From Antedon mediterranea (taxonomy: Eukaryota > Animalia > Echinodermata), in contig NC_092670.1 in the NCBI RefSeq assembly GCF_964355755.1, positions 39,854,388 through 39,918,387 of the forward strand: a stretch of 64,000 nt of DNA, in the 5' to 3' direction. The notes under the pieces were generated by a model that did no database searches, was not told where the DNA came from, and was given only the letters and a program-made list of their open reading frames with translations. Of the stretch, positions 1 to 14,587 are shown one piece after another. The translations under genes and the position numbers were made by a program. Position 1 is the stretch's first letter. Each line of letters opens with the position of its first letter.

Positions 1-383
1 GCTTAAGCTTAAGCACAAGCGCAATCAAAGTCCAGCAGCAAAATGCAATATATGCCTCTAACAGTAAGTGTAGGCCTACATCATGTAAGAATACAGCAGC
101 ATAAGCTAAGTAGTACATTTCCTCCTATTTTCAACACTGTCAATAGCAGTGAATACCGGCAAAAGGACCAATACTGCGCATTGGTCCTCGGTGAAATGTA
201 TCTATATGTTTACTCCACTGTTTCAATTCATCCTTATTAATATTTTTTGTATAAAAATCCGTATTTTAATGATTGAATGGATGGAATTCAGTATAGAAAC
301 GAATCAAATTTTCTCCTACTATCTCCGTATGAACTCTTACCAGTAAAACCATGGAAAGAATTATCTAATAATTTATAATTTAG

Positions 384-1436
384 ATTTTGAACCACCAGAG
401 CCTATCAAAGGCGAGCAAGGTAGCGCTGTTTATGAAAAGACGTTTCGGATGGATGGATGGCAGTCATCATACGAAGATGAAATGGTAAGAAAGGGGTTTA
501 ATCTTTGCATTTTTGTTATGACGACGACGCGGCCAGTATGTTGAAATAAAACTTTGTAGATTTCTGGGCATGCGTATAGACTGGTCATTTAGTTAGATCG
601 AAATATTTTTATGTCAAAATTAGCACGGTATGAAAGTGAAACAAAACGGTAATACCGACGAAGATTATCTTGAAATGGAAGCGCATCGGATTATTGCTGC
701 AAATCAAATAGCAGGCAAACAGTACAGAATTAACTGAAATACAAATTAGATGCCTAAAGCTCTGTCTACACTATCAAACTAATTTTACAAAAAAAAGTGT
801 GATTTACCCAAATTAAGTAGTGATATGCCCAAATATAGTAGTGATATGACATCCTCATGTCCATATATGGGCACATCACATTTTTAAACTAACCTGGATC
901 CTCTTTTATTTTTTAAAGAAAGGGTAAAGCTTGCTAAGCCTGATATTATTCCAACAAAAACTGACTAAGCCTCATTCACACTGTATTATTAATAATAACC
1001 ACCTCATTAATTACTGGAATACATTTAATGTTGTATCATTCAATTCTTTCAGGTTCCGCCGCCTGCCGATGATTTTGACTTTAATCTTCAAATGTGCCGT
1101 CGAATAGCCGGATATACACAACATTCCTTTTATACTAAACTTCCAGAAGAAATCTGTCATCGTTTAATGTTAAATCTTGACTTGGAAAGGGAAGGTACAA
1201 ATGGCCCACTTGATTGGAGAGCTTTAGCTGACGCAATGGGAATCAAAGCTGACACGATTGAAAAGATGAGAATTGATGGTAAAGACCCAACTTTCAACCT
1301 GCTAACGTTATTAAACAAAACATACAAAACTCCTTACGAGTTTTGTAATACGTTATATGAAAAACTGAGAGAAGCAGAACTTCTTAGGGAAGCTGAATGG
1401 GTATCGCCGTACACATCAGGAGTCGCGCGAAGTTAA
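384..1436 (+). CDS. Last two exons (384-484, 1053-1436) of a protein with a C-terminal death domain (UNC5/UNC5CL-like); 5' part lies outside the window
   Basis: tttag|384 ... 484|gtaaga joins in frame to tttcag|1053, giving ...YEDEM/VPPPADDFDFNLQMCRR.... The segment ICHRLMLNLD...DWRALADAMGI...KDPTFNLL has the death-domain DWxxLA pattern. Stop TAA at 1434-1436. Confidence 0.7.
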
Positions 1437-2582
1437 GTTACATTGTAATGTATATTCTAATATCTTTAGTATACTTTAATACTGTTTATTAGTATAAATT
1501 CAATCAACAACGTTTTAAACTTTGAAAACTGTCACTAAGGGGTTATGGATTGGGAGTGATGGTTTGAAATAATTTGTAGTAGAAACACATTACCCAGTAT
1601 AAGGTGTTTAGGGAGGGGGGGGGGGGGAGGGCGGAGATACTGGCGTTTTGTGGGTAATGAAGTACAACATGATTAATTGGGATTGTTACTACATTTGAAC
1701 TGTCCTTGGGAAGAGTTAAGATTTGTTGACTTTGGTGGGATGGGAAGAGGAGAAAAAAGGCTGGAGCAATTCAGCTGAATTAGATATTTTAATCAGTAGC
1801 CAATATGACACCTATTCATATTAACAATTTGCAAAGTAAACCAGGACTATTTATAGCTATGTATCGTCGTTTTGGCCTATCATTGTGAAGTTGTTGAAAT
1901 TTGTACTGGGAATGATTTTTTTTGTTAATCACCCAAGTGTGAGGGTGCGATTGGAGAGGGGTAGAGTTTAAACTAAATGTTTAATGAACGCCGCCTAAAT
2001 TCAAGAACTTTTATAATTTACTCACCATCGTCTTTGTGTACAAGAGTTAGGCCGGTTGATTGCTCTAAACATCATCGTCTTTATTATTCGCTAACAATAA
2101 TCACACGTATTAAAAAAAAAAGTTTATTTCGATATGGTTGAATGATTCTAGAGCATCATACTCTTTCGGGTCAATAGACAAGTATGGCAAAGCGCGAAAA
2201 TTCCTAGTAAACACATTTGTTAAATAAATCGTACAAAATATAAATGTTGAATTGTTTTATTGTTTCTTTTGCATATCTAGATAATGAAGTGTTTCTTCAA
2301 AATACCAGACTAAACATTTTGGCAAATTTAAACCTAATACAGCTCAAATTAGCAATTGAAGTGACGGTACTAGATATCTCTTGTACCGTATGTTAACAAC
2401 AGTGAAAACTCATGAGGTAGATTTTGCTATACACTTGTGACGTCACAGCAATTTACGGCGACGGCTGTACGGTGAGCGCGTGCGGCGATATCGTAAATCT
2501 CGCGATTATTCTGAAATCATATGTACATCCCTAAACGTTGTTAAAATATGGTTCTCGGTAAAGTTGTCCTTTAAGGGGAAAC

Positions 2583-2858
2583 TTGGTTAGGTCCAAAATA
2601 TATATTTCAATACTCATTCAGAATATTCCTCGTTTTAAATACTCTTCTTGGTGTATGTATGAGCTAAATTTTGCTTTAGATGATGCTGTAAAACGTTTAC
2701 CAGATTACAAAGTGTTACAAATAATGATCGAACACTGTGAAGTTCCCAATGAACTGCAGCCATTTAGTGAAAAGTTGATAAGATGTAGTGATGGCGTCAT
2801 GGATGAACGTGGTTGGAAGCGACTTTACAACTTTGTAACAACTCTCAAACAACAGTAA
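2583..2858 (+). CDS. C-terminal half of a TIR domain (isolated exon or relic)
   Basis: PRFKYSSWCMYELNFALDDA...KVLQIMIEHCEVPNEL...W resembles the TIR SxWCxYEL motif and the following strand/loop. Possible acceptor cattcag near 2621. No N-terminal TIR exon found. Confidence 0.55.
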   Translation: MVRSKIYISILIQNIPRFKYSSWCMYELNFALDDAVKRLPDYKVLQIMIEHCEVPNELQPFSEKLIRCSDGVMDERGWKRLYNFVTTLKQQ

Positions 2859-5380
2859 TTGGAATTTTTTAGCCAATTCAAAACGTCGGTGTAACGAATT
2901 AGAAATGTAATGTTGTTTATGATTGGTTGATGAAAATACTTGATCAAAAAATTGATAATCAAACGACCTCTATTTATCTGTCGACTCTTTATTCCTCAGT
3001 AAAAATATTAAATGTGGCCATTCATAATTTGGTCACGTGTCCATGTGAGAGTGCATTTCTTAATGAGTAATCAGGCTACCCTATACTAAGCTCTGAGCTC
3101 TAAGTGTGATGTGCCCAAATATGGTAGTGATATGCTTAAATATGGTAGTGATATGATATGGGCACATCACATTTTTTTGTCACATAAAATTTGATAGTGT
3201 AGACTTTAGATTTATTGATATATTTATATAAATTTAAGTCACTGCCATGACTGGTTCTAGGTTAGAAATGTGTACATTTTGTGCTATTTTCATATGATAA
3301 TCAATCAACTAGATACAATTTAAATTTGAAATATTTTGTTCAAACCAAACTGTATTTACATACAAGCATGATTGAGAGATATATATCCATTACATCTGAT
3401 AGGTTAATGCTGAAAAATACTTGCACACTCAAATTTTGAAAAACACAAACTACAAATTAAAATTATTATTATGGTTAGTTAAACAAACATTCAATCTCAA
3501 TACTGTAAAACAATTATAAAATCTCTCTTCTTTTATTTCATAATTCATTAACTTTTTTTCTTCATACATTCGACATTATACCATAGTTAAAATCATGACT
3601 TAAAATACAAGGTGGATGAGAATGTTTTTCTATTCACAACTCACTAGCATAGTTTTGAATGCGAGAACAATTGAATGAAGCAAAGACAGCCGTATTACAC
3701 ATGACCATCTTATATTATTCACACATGTTTGTGTTTTTAATACTAATCTGAGAATTGTAAAATAGAAGTGAAAATAAATTGGGGTATTGGAAGAAAACCA
3801 TATGCAGTATGAACCAATCAGGAGCTACCGGATCATAATGGTCTGAGGGGAGAGTACCTGCTAAGTGTCCTTTAGTATTTATAATATTTGATAATTTAAC
3901 TATTTATTAAATGTAAATAAGAAATCAATAAGCAATGCATACATCAACTGAAACCAGTCAAGGATGACCTGATGCAATCAGTAATGAGGATGGGTAATGC
4001 TTGGTGCCCACTAGAGACGCAGCATTGGGACGTAACGATACGTAAGTGAGTTGACCAATCACAAGCGATGGATTATTCAAACTGCCACTTGTCATTGGTC
4101 AACACACTTGCGTTGCGTTTATGTCTTTGCGGTGCGTCCTAGTGGGAACCAAGCTTTAGCAAGTCAAGTTACAAGTAATTGCTTTACAGTGTTTAGTACA
4201 GGACTGCAATTCATTAGCAAAAGCAGGGCTAAACTCGGTTTGATGGAATTGCATTTTCTTGACCTACTTTTAGCTACAAATGTAATATAACAGAAAGAAG
4301 TACAAAACAAGTATAGATTCTCTGCTTTTGTATATTAATTTAAAACAATTTCCTTTTCTTTTTAGAAAAAAAAGTTACTCTATTTATGATCATTCTCCTG
4401 TTTAGTGTGCATATCAGTTTTTTTAATGTTAAATATGATAAATTGAATGCAGTGCAAATAAATTTCATATTGAATTTAGAATATAACAAAGACGTGTAAT
4501 GTAGTCATTATTTGGCGAACATGTTTTGATTAGTATTTTGCCATGATAAATCTAGATTGTATTCAAGCCCTTATAATACCTCTTTTACACTGCGAGCTTA
4601 GAACAAACCTGTGTCGCGTTTTGATAATTTCACACCTGATTTATTAACCTGGAAATGACACGGGTTGCGTGTATTTACACTGTAAAATAGCAACCCATGT
4701 AAAGATTCTGGAGAATAAAGAAACACCTAATAACCGCTCATTATACCTTCTACAATTTTTTTTTATGACAATACAAAAAAACTATGCGCGACTGTCTGCA
4801 CAGCAAACATGCAAGTACACAGGTACATCACGTCCCTGAATCAGCGACCCGGGTAATTTTTTTTTTTTAATACTCGCCTACATTTCCGCATTTCTGCGTC
4901 TTGGGTACAAATCGTGTTACACAATTGCGGATCACCTCCGCATTTTTGCTGCCGGTTTAAAGGGGAAAACTTGATAATTATGTTTGCTATCGCATAGTAC
5001 ATTTGCACCCATATATAAAAAATGTTTTTGTCTGTCTTTTACAAAGGCATTTCAAATAGCTGTTGTTCATTTGCACTTTATTGTTAGTTGCAGCGAGTAT
5101 TTATATCTGTCATGTTTTGGAAATATAAAATTACCTATACAGTTTTATTCAGGTCAGGTTAAACCAATATAAATGTTATTTTAGGCCGTAGACCATAATG
5201 ATGATGATGATATTACTCTGAGCACCTTTCTTTATAATTTCTTATTTATTGATTAAAACATTTGCAACTGTAAAGACTTTGTTTGGTTTGAAAGACTATT
5301 GAGAAACCACAATAGATTCTTCTGTTTAAATTGTCTTATCAAATAATATATATTTAAGAATTTACTTAGCTCTGGTGAAT

Positions 5381-8300
5381 TTAAGACAAAGTTAATTGAG
5401 CAAAACCAATTAATGCTTTATCATCCGGTGCTTCGTTTGGTGCTGATTTCTGTAAGATTAAAGATTTGATAAACAATCTAAAAGTAAATCAATTTAAACT
5501 AGGAAGCTTTAAATTTGTAACCTTTGACCTATGTATGTGTCGTTACTTAAACTAAGAATCACCCAAAACTGCGATGAGGAATAAGAACGTACTAATGTCC
5601 CATTAACATAATGTAACTAGGTCAGGTTGAAAGCTCCATATTATAAGTAATCAGTATAATATTATTCTCAATCTATAAAAGTAAATGTAATTTAATATAC
5701 TGTACACCAAGCATTAAAACTTCATGCTATTGTACATATTATTATTATTAAAACGTAACTAAAGGCAAATTACATTACAAAGAAAGAAAAGTACACTTAC
5801 AAGTTTAAAGACGAACGATTTAACATCTGGTTGCTCAACAACCTTCCGGAGGTTAGCTGCAACTACAATAAATAACAAATAAATATACAATTTGAATAAA
5901 TAATGTTCAATATGTTTAAATTTTACATTGTGTGTCATTCCATGGGTGATTCAATTGTAAATCTATAAATACAATATCTAACATATGACAATATTGTTGG
6001 CAAATAAACACATTATTACTAAACCAAAGATACCAAAGATCTGTCTACACTATCAAACTTTATGTGACAACAAAAAATGTGATGTGTTCTTGTATGGACA
6101 CAATGTCATATCACTACCATATTTAGGCACATCACATTTTTTTTGTCTAACTAGTTTGATAGTGTAAACAGAGCTTTAAACCTAGGATACTTTCAAATTG
6201 TACAAAGTTTGTCCTCAAAATAGTGTCTTACCGACAACAAAGTCTTGACCATCTATGAGGTCAGCATTAACAAGTTCCTGGGAAAGTCCTTCTGGTGTGT
6301 CCTTCTCTGGTGTGAATTCAAAACGTATGTCATGTAACTCCTTCTTTTCATTTCTGTAGCCGAAGAAGAAATCAGTAATTAAAGAACTATTTTTCACCAG
6401 TAGTATTAGAAAACAGTGCTTTTCATCATCATGCATTCTCCTAATATTTTATTTCATTTATTGTTTGTTTCATTTGTGTGTTGACTCCACTTGCAAGAAG
6501 CATCTCTCAACAATAGAACACAATAATCAACATCACAGCACACACTAAAGCTTGGTTTGGATTTTTTTAAATGTCATACGCATCCAACAGTGAGTAACTC
6601 GCCAATTACAGGATGGATAAACTATTTTAGTAATATATCGTGCTTATAAACTAAGTCTCATTTGAGGCTTAAGGAGTGGAGTTAAAAGAGTCGTGAGTTA
6701 CAACCCCGGCACTAGGTCAGGATTCACTGGCACTAGGTCAGGATTGAAAACTGGCACTAGGTCAGGATTGAACCCCAGGGATTGGAAGGCAAGCACGTTA
6801 ACCACCAAGCTACAGCTCCACTACTATTTTTACCTTAGCCTAAGAACAAGCGATATAGTCTTCATCCCTTCACTTGTTGGTGCTGACTCTTTAACGCTCT
6901 CTTTCACTTCATGATGAGTTTCAACTGCCGGCTTTTCTGGCGGTTGTTCATCTTTACTAGTTTCTGTATTATCGTCATTCGCTTCTCGTTTCGCTTCGTC
7001 CAACTGCCTTTTGATCTCGGCGTGGTCGATTTTAACACGGGGTGAACGACCTATACTAGCAGCGCGCCCTTCTTCACTTTCGCTGTCCAATTCTTCATCA
7101 GACCATTCCCAACTGCCGTCTTCTGTGCGATGAAGACGACCACTAGATCCTGGGACACGTTTCACCTTAAAATAATATTAAAAAATCGTACTATAATCAA
7201 GACCAAATAAAACTGCTTAAGTCACATGTTATCATATAGGAAAACTGCAGGAGAATGGCATGTGAAGGTGGGTTTTATAACATAGTATTCTTACCTTTTG
7301 ACTCCTGTCCTGTAAAGAAGGTCCCTGGTCTAATAAATTTTCTTCTAGAAATTGTTTACCTTTAGCTTTCTTGAAAAATGGCATTTTAAGCAACTCTGCA
7401 GCAGTAGGTCTATAAAAAAAAACAATGAAAAGTTTGCATATCAAAGTCTACATATTCAAGTAATCTGGCTACTGTATTTTTTTTTTAAGAAAGGGTAAAG
7501 CTCTTTCTGAATGTAGGGAATGAGCTGTTAGGAGCTCATTGTACCAAGCTTCTGCATTATGAGGTAGGGTGGCCAGTTCCTTTCCACGCCACCTTATCCT
7601 CCCTAGTATTTTCAACCAGGTACCCATTTACAACTGAATGGCCCCTGGAAGTTGTTCTTATCGGGAACCTGGGGTGGACTGCAAAGGGAAGATCTGTGAT
7701 ACCTAATGACAACAATTTGCTTAAGGCTTACCTTAATGTAGGCGTCTTTTGCAGACATTTACTGATCATTTTCTTAAATTCTTTACTATATTTCTTTTGG
7801 TCATCCTTGTTGTCAATACCGTACTCTAATGTTGGTGGATCATTTTGCAAAGTTAACATAAGTACCTTAAAATATAAAATATTGTAATATTAAAATGGAT
7901 GGTAATAGAGAACATGGAGTCAAATGGATGGTAATACAGAACATGGAGTCAAATGGATGGTAATACAGAACATGGAGTCAAATGGATGGTAATACAGAAC
8001 ATGGAGTCCAATGGATGGTAATACAGAACATGGAGTCCAGTATATGAAAATAAGTGTATGTATAAATAATGCTCTGCAAACTAAAGCTCTGTCTACACTA
8101 TCAAATTGTATGTGACAAAAATATAAATGGACATGATGATGTCATATCACCACCATATTTGGGCACATCACACTTTTTTTGGTCAAACTAGTTTGATAGT
8201 GTGGACAGAGCTTTAGACAGTAAGGCAAAGCTCACCAAACATTGTACATAAAAAATTGTTTTAGTAAGGTTGTATGCGAAACATTATTTCAAACTTATAC

Positions 8301-11300
8301 TACTTTTGATTATATGATTTTGATTAAATATACTGACTGTTCAGTCAACTCTGTCAATACCAGACACCTTTGGGCAGGCCAAATATGTCTGGTTTTCCGG
8401 AAAGTCTGGTATTCGGAATGTGTTTTTAATGTTAAAAACAAATTTGGGACCTTTTGGACCACAAGAAAAGTCAGGTATTGAGAGAGCTGAATGTATAACT
8501 ACATTAAGAAACAAACCTTCATTGGAGGAAACTTGGAGTAGGGTGCTGTACCAGTAGCCAACTCAATTGCCGTGATACCAAAACTCCAGATATCAGCTTT
8601 AAAATCATACCCAGAAATCTGAAGAAAAAAATTAGCAATGGTTTTTGATTTGTTCAAGTATCGAATCAGTCTATCAATTACGACTGAAAAAACAATTTAA
8701 TGTAAGAGGTGAGTTCATATTATGGTGTAGCAGTTAGTTGGAATAATTGATGCATTTTATGTAAGGTCAAAATTTGAGTAGCGAAAGCCGATTTATTTTG
8801 GTCTTGTTTATTATATTTGTTTTATATTGAAGTTTCTATATTATGTTATGAAAGTGACAATAAAGTATTACACACAATATAGCAAGATCCGTTTCAGTGG
8901 CGGATCCAGGATTTTAAAATAGGGGGGCCTAAAATTGGTGAAATGAAGGGCTGAGCTTAATTTGATGTCCTATCTTTTGCATTACAATTTGCGAAATTTA
9001 AGGTGGGGCAGGGCTGGCTGCCCACCTCCCCTTGAATCTTCCCCCTGCATTTTGAATGTTAAGGTGTGTGTACACCGAGCAATTGGGATAAGCAACAACA
9101 AAAACCTAAAACAGTGAGAGGGGGTTGTTGAGGGGGGATGGGGGGTTGTTGAGGGGGATGGGGGTTGTTGAGGGGGGGGATGGGGGTTGAGGGGGCAGGG
9201 TGTTGTTACCTGCTCCATGACCTCAGGGGCCATCCAGCAAGGTGTTCCTACAAACGTTGTACGATATTTATCTCTTGACATGTCACCACTCGTAGCCAAC
9301 CAGCTACTAACTCCAAAGTCAGCTAACTTAACTGACCCATCATCACCCAACAAGATGTTACCAGCTTTCACATCCCTAATAACAAAAGGACATATTGTTA
9401 AATATGTTGAAAGACGTTTACTGACCGTAGCTTGACCAAGAATCTGGCACAATTTGCAGAATAACATTACAAATTTATAATCAGTTAAAAAAACAATTAA
9501 AGACTTCAACCAATGCTATGACAGTATGTTGGATTATCTTAAGCTCTGTCTAGACACTATCAAAGTAGTTTGACAAAAAAGGTGTGATGTGCCCATATAC
9601 AGTAGTGGTATGCCCAAATATGGTTGTGATATGACATCATCATGTCCATATATGGGCACTTCACATTTTGTTGTCACACAAAGTTTAATAGGGTAGGCAA
9701 GGCTTTAGATATGTTAAATAATATAAACATATTACACATTTATTTAACGACCTCTTTCTCATCTATTATAAACAAAACTATTGCATAATAACAAAAATGT
9801 CTATCAAATGTAATGTTTTGCTTAGAATGTTTCTATTCCAAAATATGAATTTCCATTCATCCCTTTTTTACCAACATACCTATGGATTTGACCACTTTCA
9901 TGTAAATACTCCAATCCTTTCAAAACTTCTCGTAAAATTGTTGCTATAGTAATTTCATCTAATAATTCTCCTTTATTTTTACCCTTCTTTATCTTGTGTT
10001 TTATAATATCTAACACAGACCCTGTAAAGAAAAAAACAGAATATATACATAATTAAAATGTACAGAACATGATGAGATGGGATTACACAACTAATGCTCA
10101 ATTGCTATTTTTAAAAAGAATGACGCAGATAAATCTAGTGAAAATCATCTTTTTATTCTGAAGCTCTTTCTACACTATTAAATTTTATGTGACAAAAAAA
10201 TGTGATGTGTCCATATATGGACATGATGATGTCATATCACTATCATATTTGGGCTTACCACTACTGTATATGGGCACATCACACCTTTTTTGTCAAACTA
10301 GTTTGATAGTGTGGACAGAGCTTTAGTGTAGTAATGATTTGGCTAAATTAGTATTTTACCTGCAGATAACAATTTCATTACAAGCCATAGTTCTTCATTA
10401 AACACAAATGATGTGTAGTAGGTGACGACATTCTCATGTTTGCAATGTCCCATAAACTGGATTTCCTTCTACAAAATAAATGGATGATTGATGGAGTTTA
10501 ATTTATTGATGAATTGATTGACTAAAATATACATTAATGACATATTGAGAGGCTACCAAACAGCACTCATTGGTCTGTCCACGACAGGGCCTGAATCAAC
10601 ACCTGTGTACATCCTTAAGCCCCCCCCCCCCCCACAGCCTTCTTCAACATATTTCAATGCCCGTTTTTTTCGTCTGGGAACGGCTCAGGGGCTTACTGTA
10701 GTACATAAGCTCAGAGGCCCTGGGTTTAGCTAGTGAGCGCTTATAGCTGTTACGCTACTGGGTACATCTCTTTAGATAGAAGAAGCACCAAGTTCTTTCA
10801 AGTGCACACAATTTGATTATGTAGTACAGTGTACCTCTAGTTTTAAGTCCCTATTACAGAAGACTTTAAACTGCTCGGCCACTTGACTACTGTAAATACG
10901 AAATAATAAAAAGTATTGTTTGTTACTAACCCAGAGCTCATCCATGGATGTCATGCATTTTTCCAAATTAATTCTTTTGATCGCAACCTTTTCTTCCCGA
11001 GCTTTACAGTAGGCCTCTTGCACATATGCAGTTGCTCCATGACCTACAAGAAAACCATTCAAGTAGTAAATTCAAATTAGTATTCCTTGATTTTTACGCA
11101 CAATATTGATTTTACTTTCCAATATGGTAAGTAGGCTAATGTCAGGTACCTACTTACAATAACATGATTTATTACCTATTGCAATGTTAACCTAAATAAT
11201 CTTCTGAATTATTAAGTAAGATGTGTATGAAACTCATACGGATGAAATAATTGGAAATAATATTATGAAAAAATATTGTATAATAAAAAATTGATGACCA

Positions 11301-13905
11301 AACAATAGAAACCAGAATTTAAAAGTCTCAAGCAAAAAAAAAACATAAAATAATATAATAAAACATAATTTTTAAAAATCTATTCAAAATTAACATAAAA
11401 CTAATTTAAATTAATTATCGAGTTTCTTTTTCTAAGGTTTTTCTTTTCGTTGTCATACTTTTAATGATATCACCCTAGATACTATAACAGTATAATCATA
11501 GAGGTATAGAAGCCTATACAATACACCACTGTAAACAAACATTTTTTAATACTAAAAATACTTGATATTTAGTTGAATTAGTGTACAGTAAGATAGAATT
11601 ACAAAATACAGTTGGGGAAAAATATAATGTAACACTTGGTACTATAGTATAAAGTATAAATAGATTAAAACACTGTGCATTATAATTAGCATTCAGTAAT
11701 ATTAGGTACAAAATTGAATTCTCTCATTGTACAGTAAATATCACTTAATTGTTAGGCAAACTACAGCAATATAAATAGATATTATAAAAACTGACAAATA
11801 TAATAAGTGGAAGCACTATTGTCATAATTCCAATTGTTAATTCATAAATAGAATAAACAATAGGGAAAACTTGTTTGGAAATAAAGAAACGATTGTAAAA
11901 AAATCATTATTGAAAAAAAATGGCAGTTGCAGCAAAACTTAGCATCCTCAGAGGTGAGTAATTGAGGAAGGAAGTGTTTGTAATAATATTACTAAAATGA
12001 TAGCAGTAGAAGAATATGCAAGCAAGCAGTGCATCCATCAGAAGAAGAAAAAGCACTGTGTCATGCTACTATGTGCAATGCAACACGTGTGTACTGCACC
12101 TCACTATAACAGGGTATTATTGTCTCACAAAAGACAAACAAAATAATAGGGCATTGTAGTGTCATTGTTCTGATAAACTCAAGTAAATAATTATAATAAA
12201 TAATTATTTGATTTGATAAGCGCACATATCCAACAAAGTAGAAACAAAAGTATGTCAACCTAAAAAACTTCAACATAAAGTTAATGTTTTATAAATGGCA
12301 GAAGTTATTTAATGTGATTTTGACTGAAAAATGTTTTTGCAAAGTTTGATACATCAGGGGAGAAATGACAAACTAATACTTACTTCAACTAAAGCTCTGT
12401 CTACACATCAAACTTTATGTGCCCATGAGATGATGTCATATCACTACCATATTTGGGCACATCACACTTTTTTTGTCAAACTAGTTTGATAGTGCAGACA
12501 GAGCTAATAATACTAAAACTGAAAAAATATGAAACATAGAAATAGGCAAATTTTCTAATGTATGCACTTAGTATGTCGCAAGATTGTGAAATAAAGTTAC
12601 AGAAAAATGAACAACATAAATAATTTTTAAAAGTTTATTGAATATTGAATTATAGGACAGACCATGAGTCACTACTTAAATGTAGAAGGGCTGGGCTGGC
12701 CATTAATTAGCTTCGAGGTGAACTTAGTTTATACTTATTTGACCATCAAACTAAATACTGTAGTGAAGTCAATTTAATAAATCAAATGGAAATTTACTGA
12801 ACAATACTATAATATAATATAGGCCTAATGCAATAGTGAACAAAAGTTAACATTATAATGGACCAAACCATTCTACTGTCAGTAGGCTATTGCAGTATTT
12901 ATTTATTTATTCTTTATATCGAATGATGCTTTCAGTGCTAAAGATTTCCAAAGTGGTTCAGTAGAGAAACATTAACAATATAATGAAAATAATTAAAAGA
13001 CAACAAAGTAATTTACATTATTAAACACAAATTTTTACAAAAAGTTTACTATCTACAAAACAAGTACTAACTAAATTTTACTGCTTATGCAATTATTAGC
13101 AACATCATGAGGTAATTAATTAAACACATGGGTTAGTAATAGTATAGTCACTGCCTAATAAACTTATGAACAAAAACAAACTAAAATAATACAATGCATT
13201 ACATAATAAAAAGTGTAGTTATTGCACAGTCAAATTATTTGGCATGATCCCAATCCATTAAAAAAGCAAACAGAGAGGTAGAAATACCAACATTTTGAAA
13301 ACACATCTTTTCAATCCAATAAATAAATAATGTTATATATATGTGAAAAATTTAACTCTGGAGTATTTTTGTTGGATAACTTGAACTTAAAGTGGATGGT
13401 CTTCAAATCAATCCTCTGTCAGTTGACAAATCGATTTTACAACAAGAAAAGGAACAATAGAAAGAAGGATTTTAACATTTAAAACCATTTATTAATTTTA
13501 CAGTAGCCTAGGCCTAAATAACAATACAAATAATATAATTAATACATATGTCATGCATGCCTTATCCTGTACCTTATATATAGGCCTGTCATCACCAGAG
13601 ACTAAACGAAAGTAGCTATAGGCCTAGCCCACCTCCTCTAGGTCTAGCCTCCTCTAAGTCTAGGCCTAGCCTCTGAGGCCAGCTAGGCTAGCCTGCCTAG
13701 CCTAGTTGGCCTTGTAAGTTTAAGTAGATATTTACGTTAAATTAACTGTTTTAGCAGGTAGGCCTAGCCTAGCCTAGGCTACAGTTGTATTATACATAAA
13801 TTACAAATTACCTATAATATCTCCTAACTCGTAATCATCTCTTTTATTGGGCCACGGTACATTTTGGACAGGAGGTGTTGCAGCGACTCCGCCACCTTCC
13901 GCCAT
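5381..13905 (-). CDS. OXSR1: STE20-family kinase OSR1/SPAK orthologue, 12 coding exons (approx. 13905-13812, 11043-10931, 10468-10360, 10021-9880, 9376-9209, 8618-8516, 7866-7732, 7409-7295, 7166-6833, 6353-6232, 5863-5801, 5449-5381)
   Basis: Spliced translation MAEGG...[51 protein letters not shown]...[25 protein letters not shown]...[16 protein letters not shown]...[11 protein letters not shown]-like [24 protein letters not shown]...ISLVLRLR...[12 protein letters not shown] closely follows human OXSR1/STK39, including the C-terminal CCT domain. GT-AG introns at the junctions checked. Confidence 0.96.
6575..6825 (-). mobile_element. tRNA-derived SINE, same family as 26710, with an internal triplication of GGCACTAGGTCAGGATT
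   Basis: Reverse complement matches the 26710 copy in head (A and B boxes) and body (tatccatcctgtaattggc). Confidence 0.75.
7893..8040. repeat. 29-bp tandem repeat x5
   Basis: AATGGATGGTAATACAGAACATGGAGTCA repeated. Confidence 0.9.
8082..8214. mobile_element. MITE family A, representative copy (about 130-210 bp; PIF/Harbinger-like). About 30 full or partial copies near 755, 3100, 6037, 8082, 9540, 10160, 12389, 15126, 16178, 20275, 20797, 21107, 24130, 24620, 26148, 29016, 30379, 34565, 35285, 36625, 39754, 42770, 50792, 53807, 54255, 55699, 56860, 57095, 57755, 63827
   Basis: TIR AGCTCTGTCTACACTATCAAACT / AGTTTGATAGTGTAGACAGAGCT flanked by TAA/TTA; inner inverted repeat TGTGATGTGCCC/GGGCACATCACA; variable number of 21-bp units (TGATATGCCCAAATATGGTAG). 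Confidence 0.88.
8895..9050. mobile_element. Short GC-ended MITE; related copy near 59043-59140
   Basis: CAGTGGCGGATCCAGG start with a degenerate inverted end CTTGAATCTTCCCCCTG. Confidence 0.5.
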
Positions 13906-14587
13906 GATGAACCAAGTTGCATTTGGTTGTTGTGAAGACATTTGGACCCGTATAAAATTAATTAATTACCGCCACCGTGCCACCACCGTGTGTCGGTCGT
14001 TTCGTACCTGATCGCTTGTACGTTACTTCTGCTCCCCGCTTTTGGTTTCGTTTACGCATGTCCACAAATATACGTCATACTGTATATCAGATCGTTCGCG
14101 GCGGCGAATCGGCTCTCAGTCTCTCATAGTAGATATAGCCTACTTTTATTGTCACATAATAATTATAAAATGTGGGACTCAGCTCCCCGTTACATTCGTA
14201 ATAAAAAACACCATGTAAAAACATCAATACAATTCGATATAAGTCAAATACCTTGTAGGCCTATCGTACAGTTCATCGTCGTACTATTATATTTATAGTA
14301 GGGCCTACCTATGTTTGTACTAAAATTAAGATCATACTTAGTATGATCTAAGTTAAATAAAAATTCTATGAAATCAAAATTGTCAAAAATCTGTCGTCCC
14401 AATAACTACTAGCCAATCAAACAGAACATGCGCATAACTCAAATACCACATGCGCCCAATTGTCTCGCAAGAGAAGTCTGATAAAACAATATAAAAACAT
14501 TAGCAAAATATTAATCGTTTAAAATAATATTGGTTTTAATGATTGTCAATTAGTTTATTGTTGAAATTACTACAACAATAATTAGTA

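Noticed and set aside
13990-14298. 102-aa ORF with a hydrophobic N-terminus in the OSR1 promoter region
   Set aside because: Non-ATG start, no splice or motif support, and it overlaps the presumed promoter.
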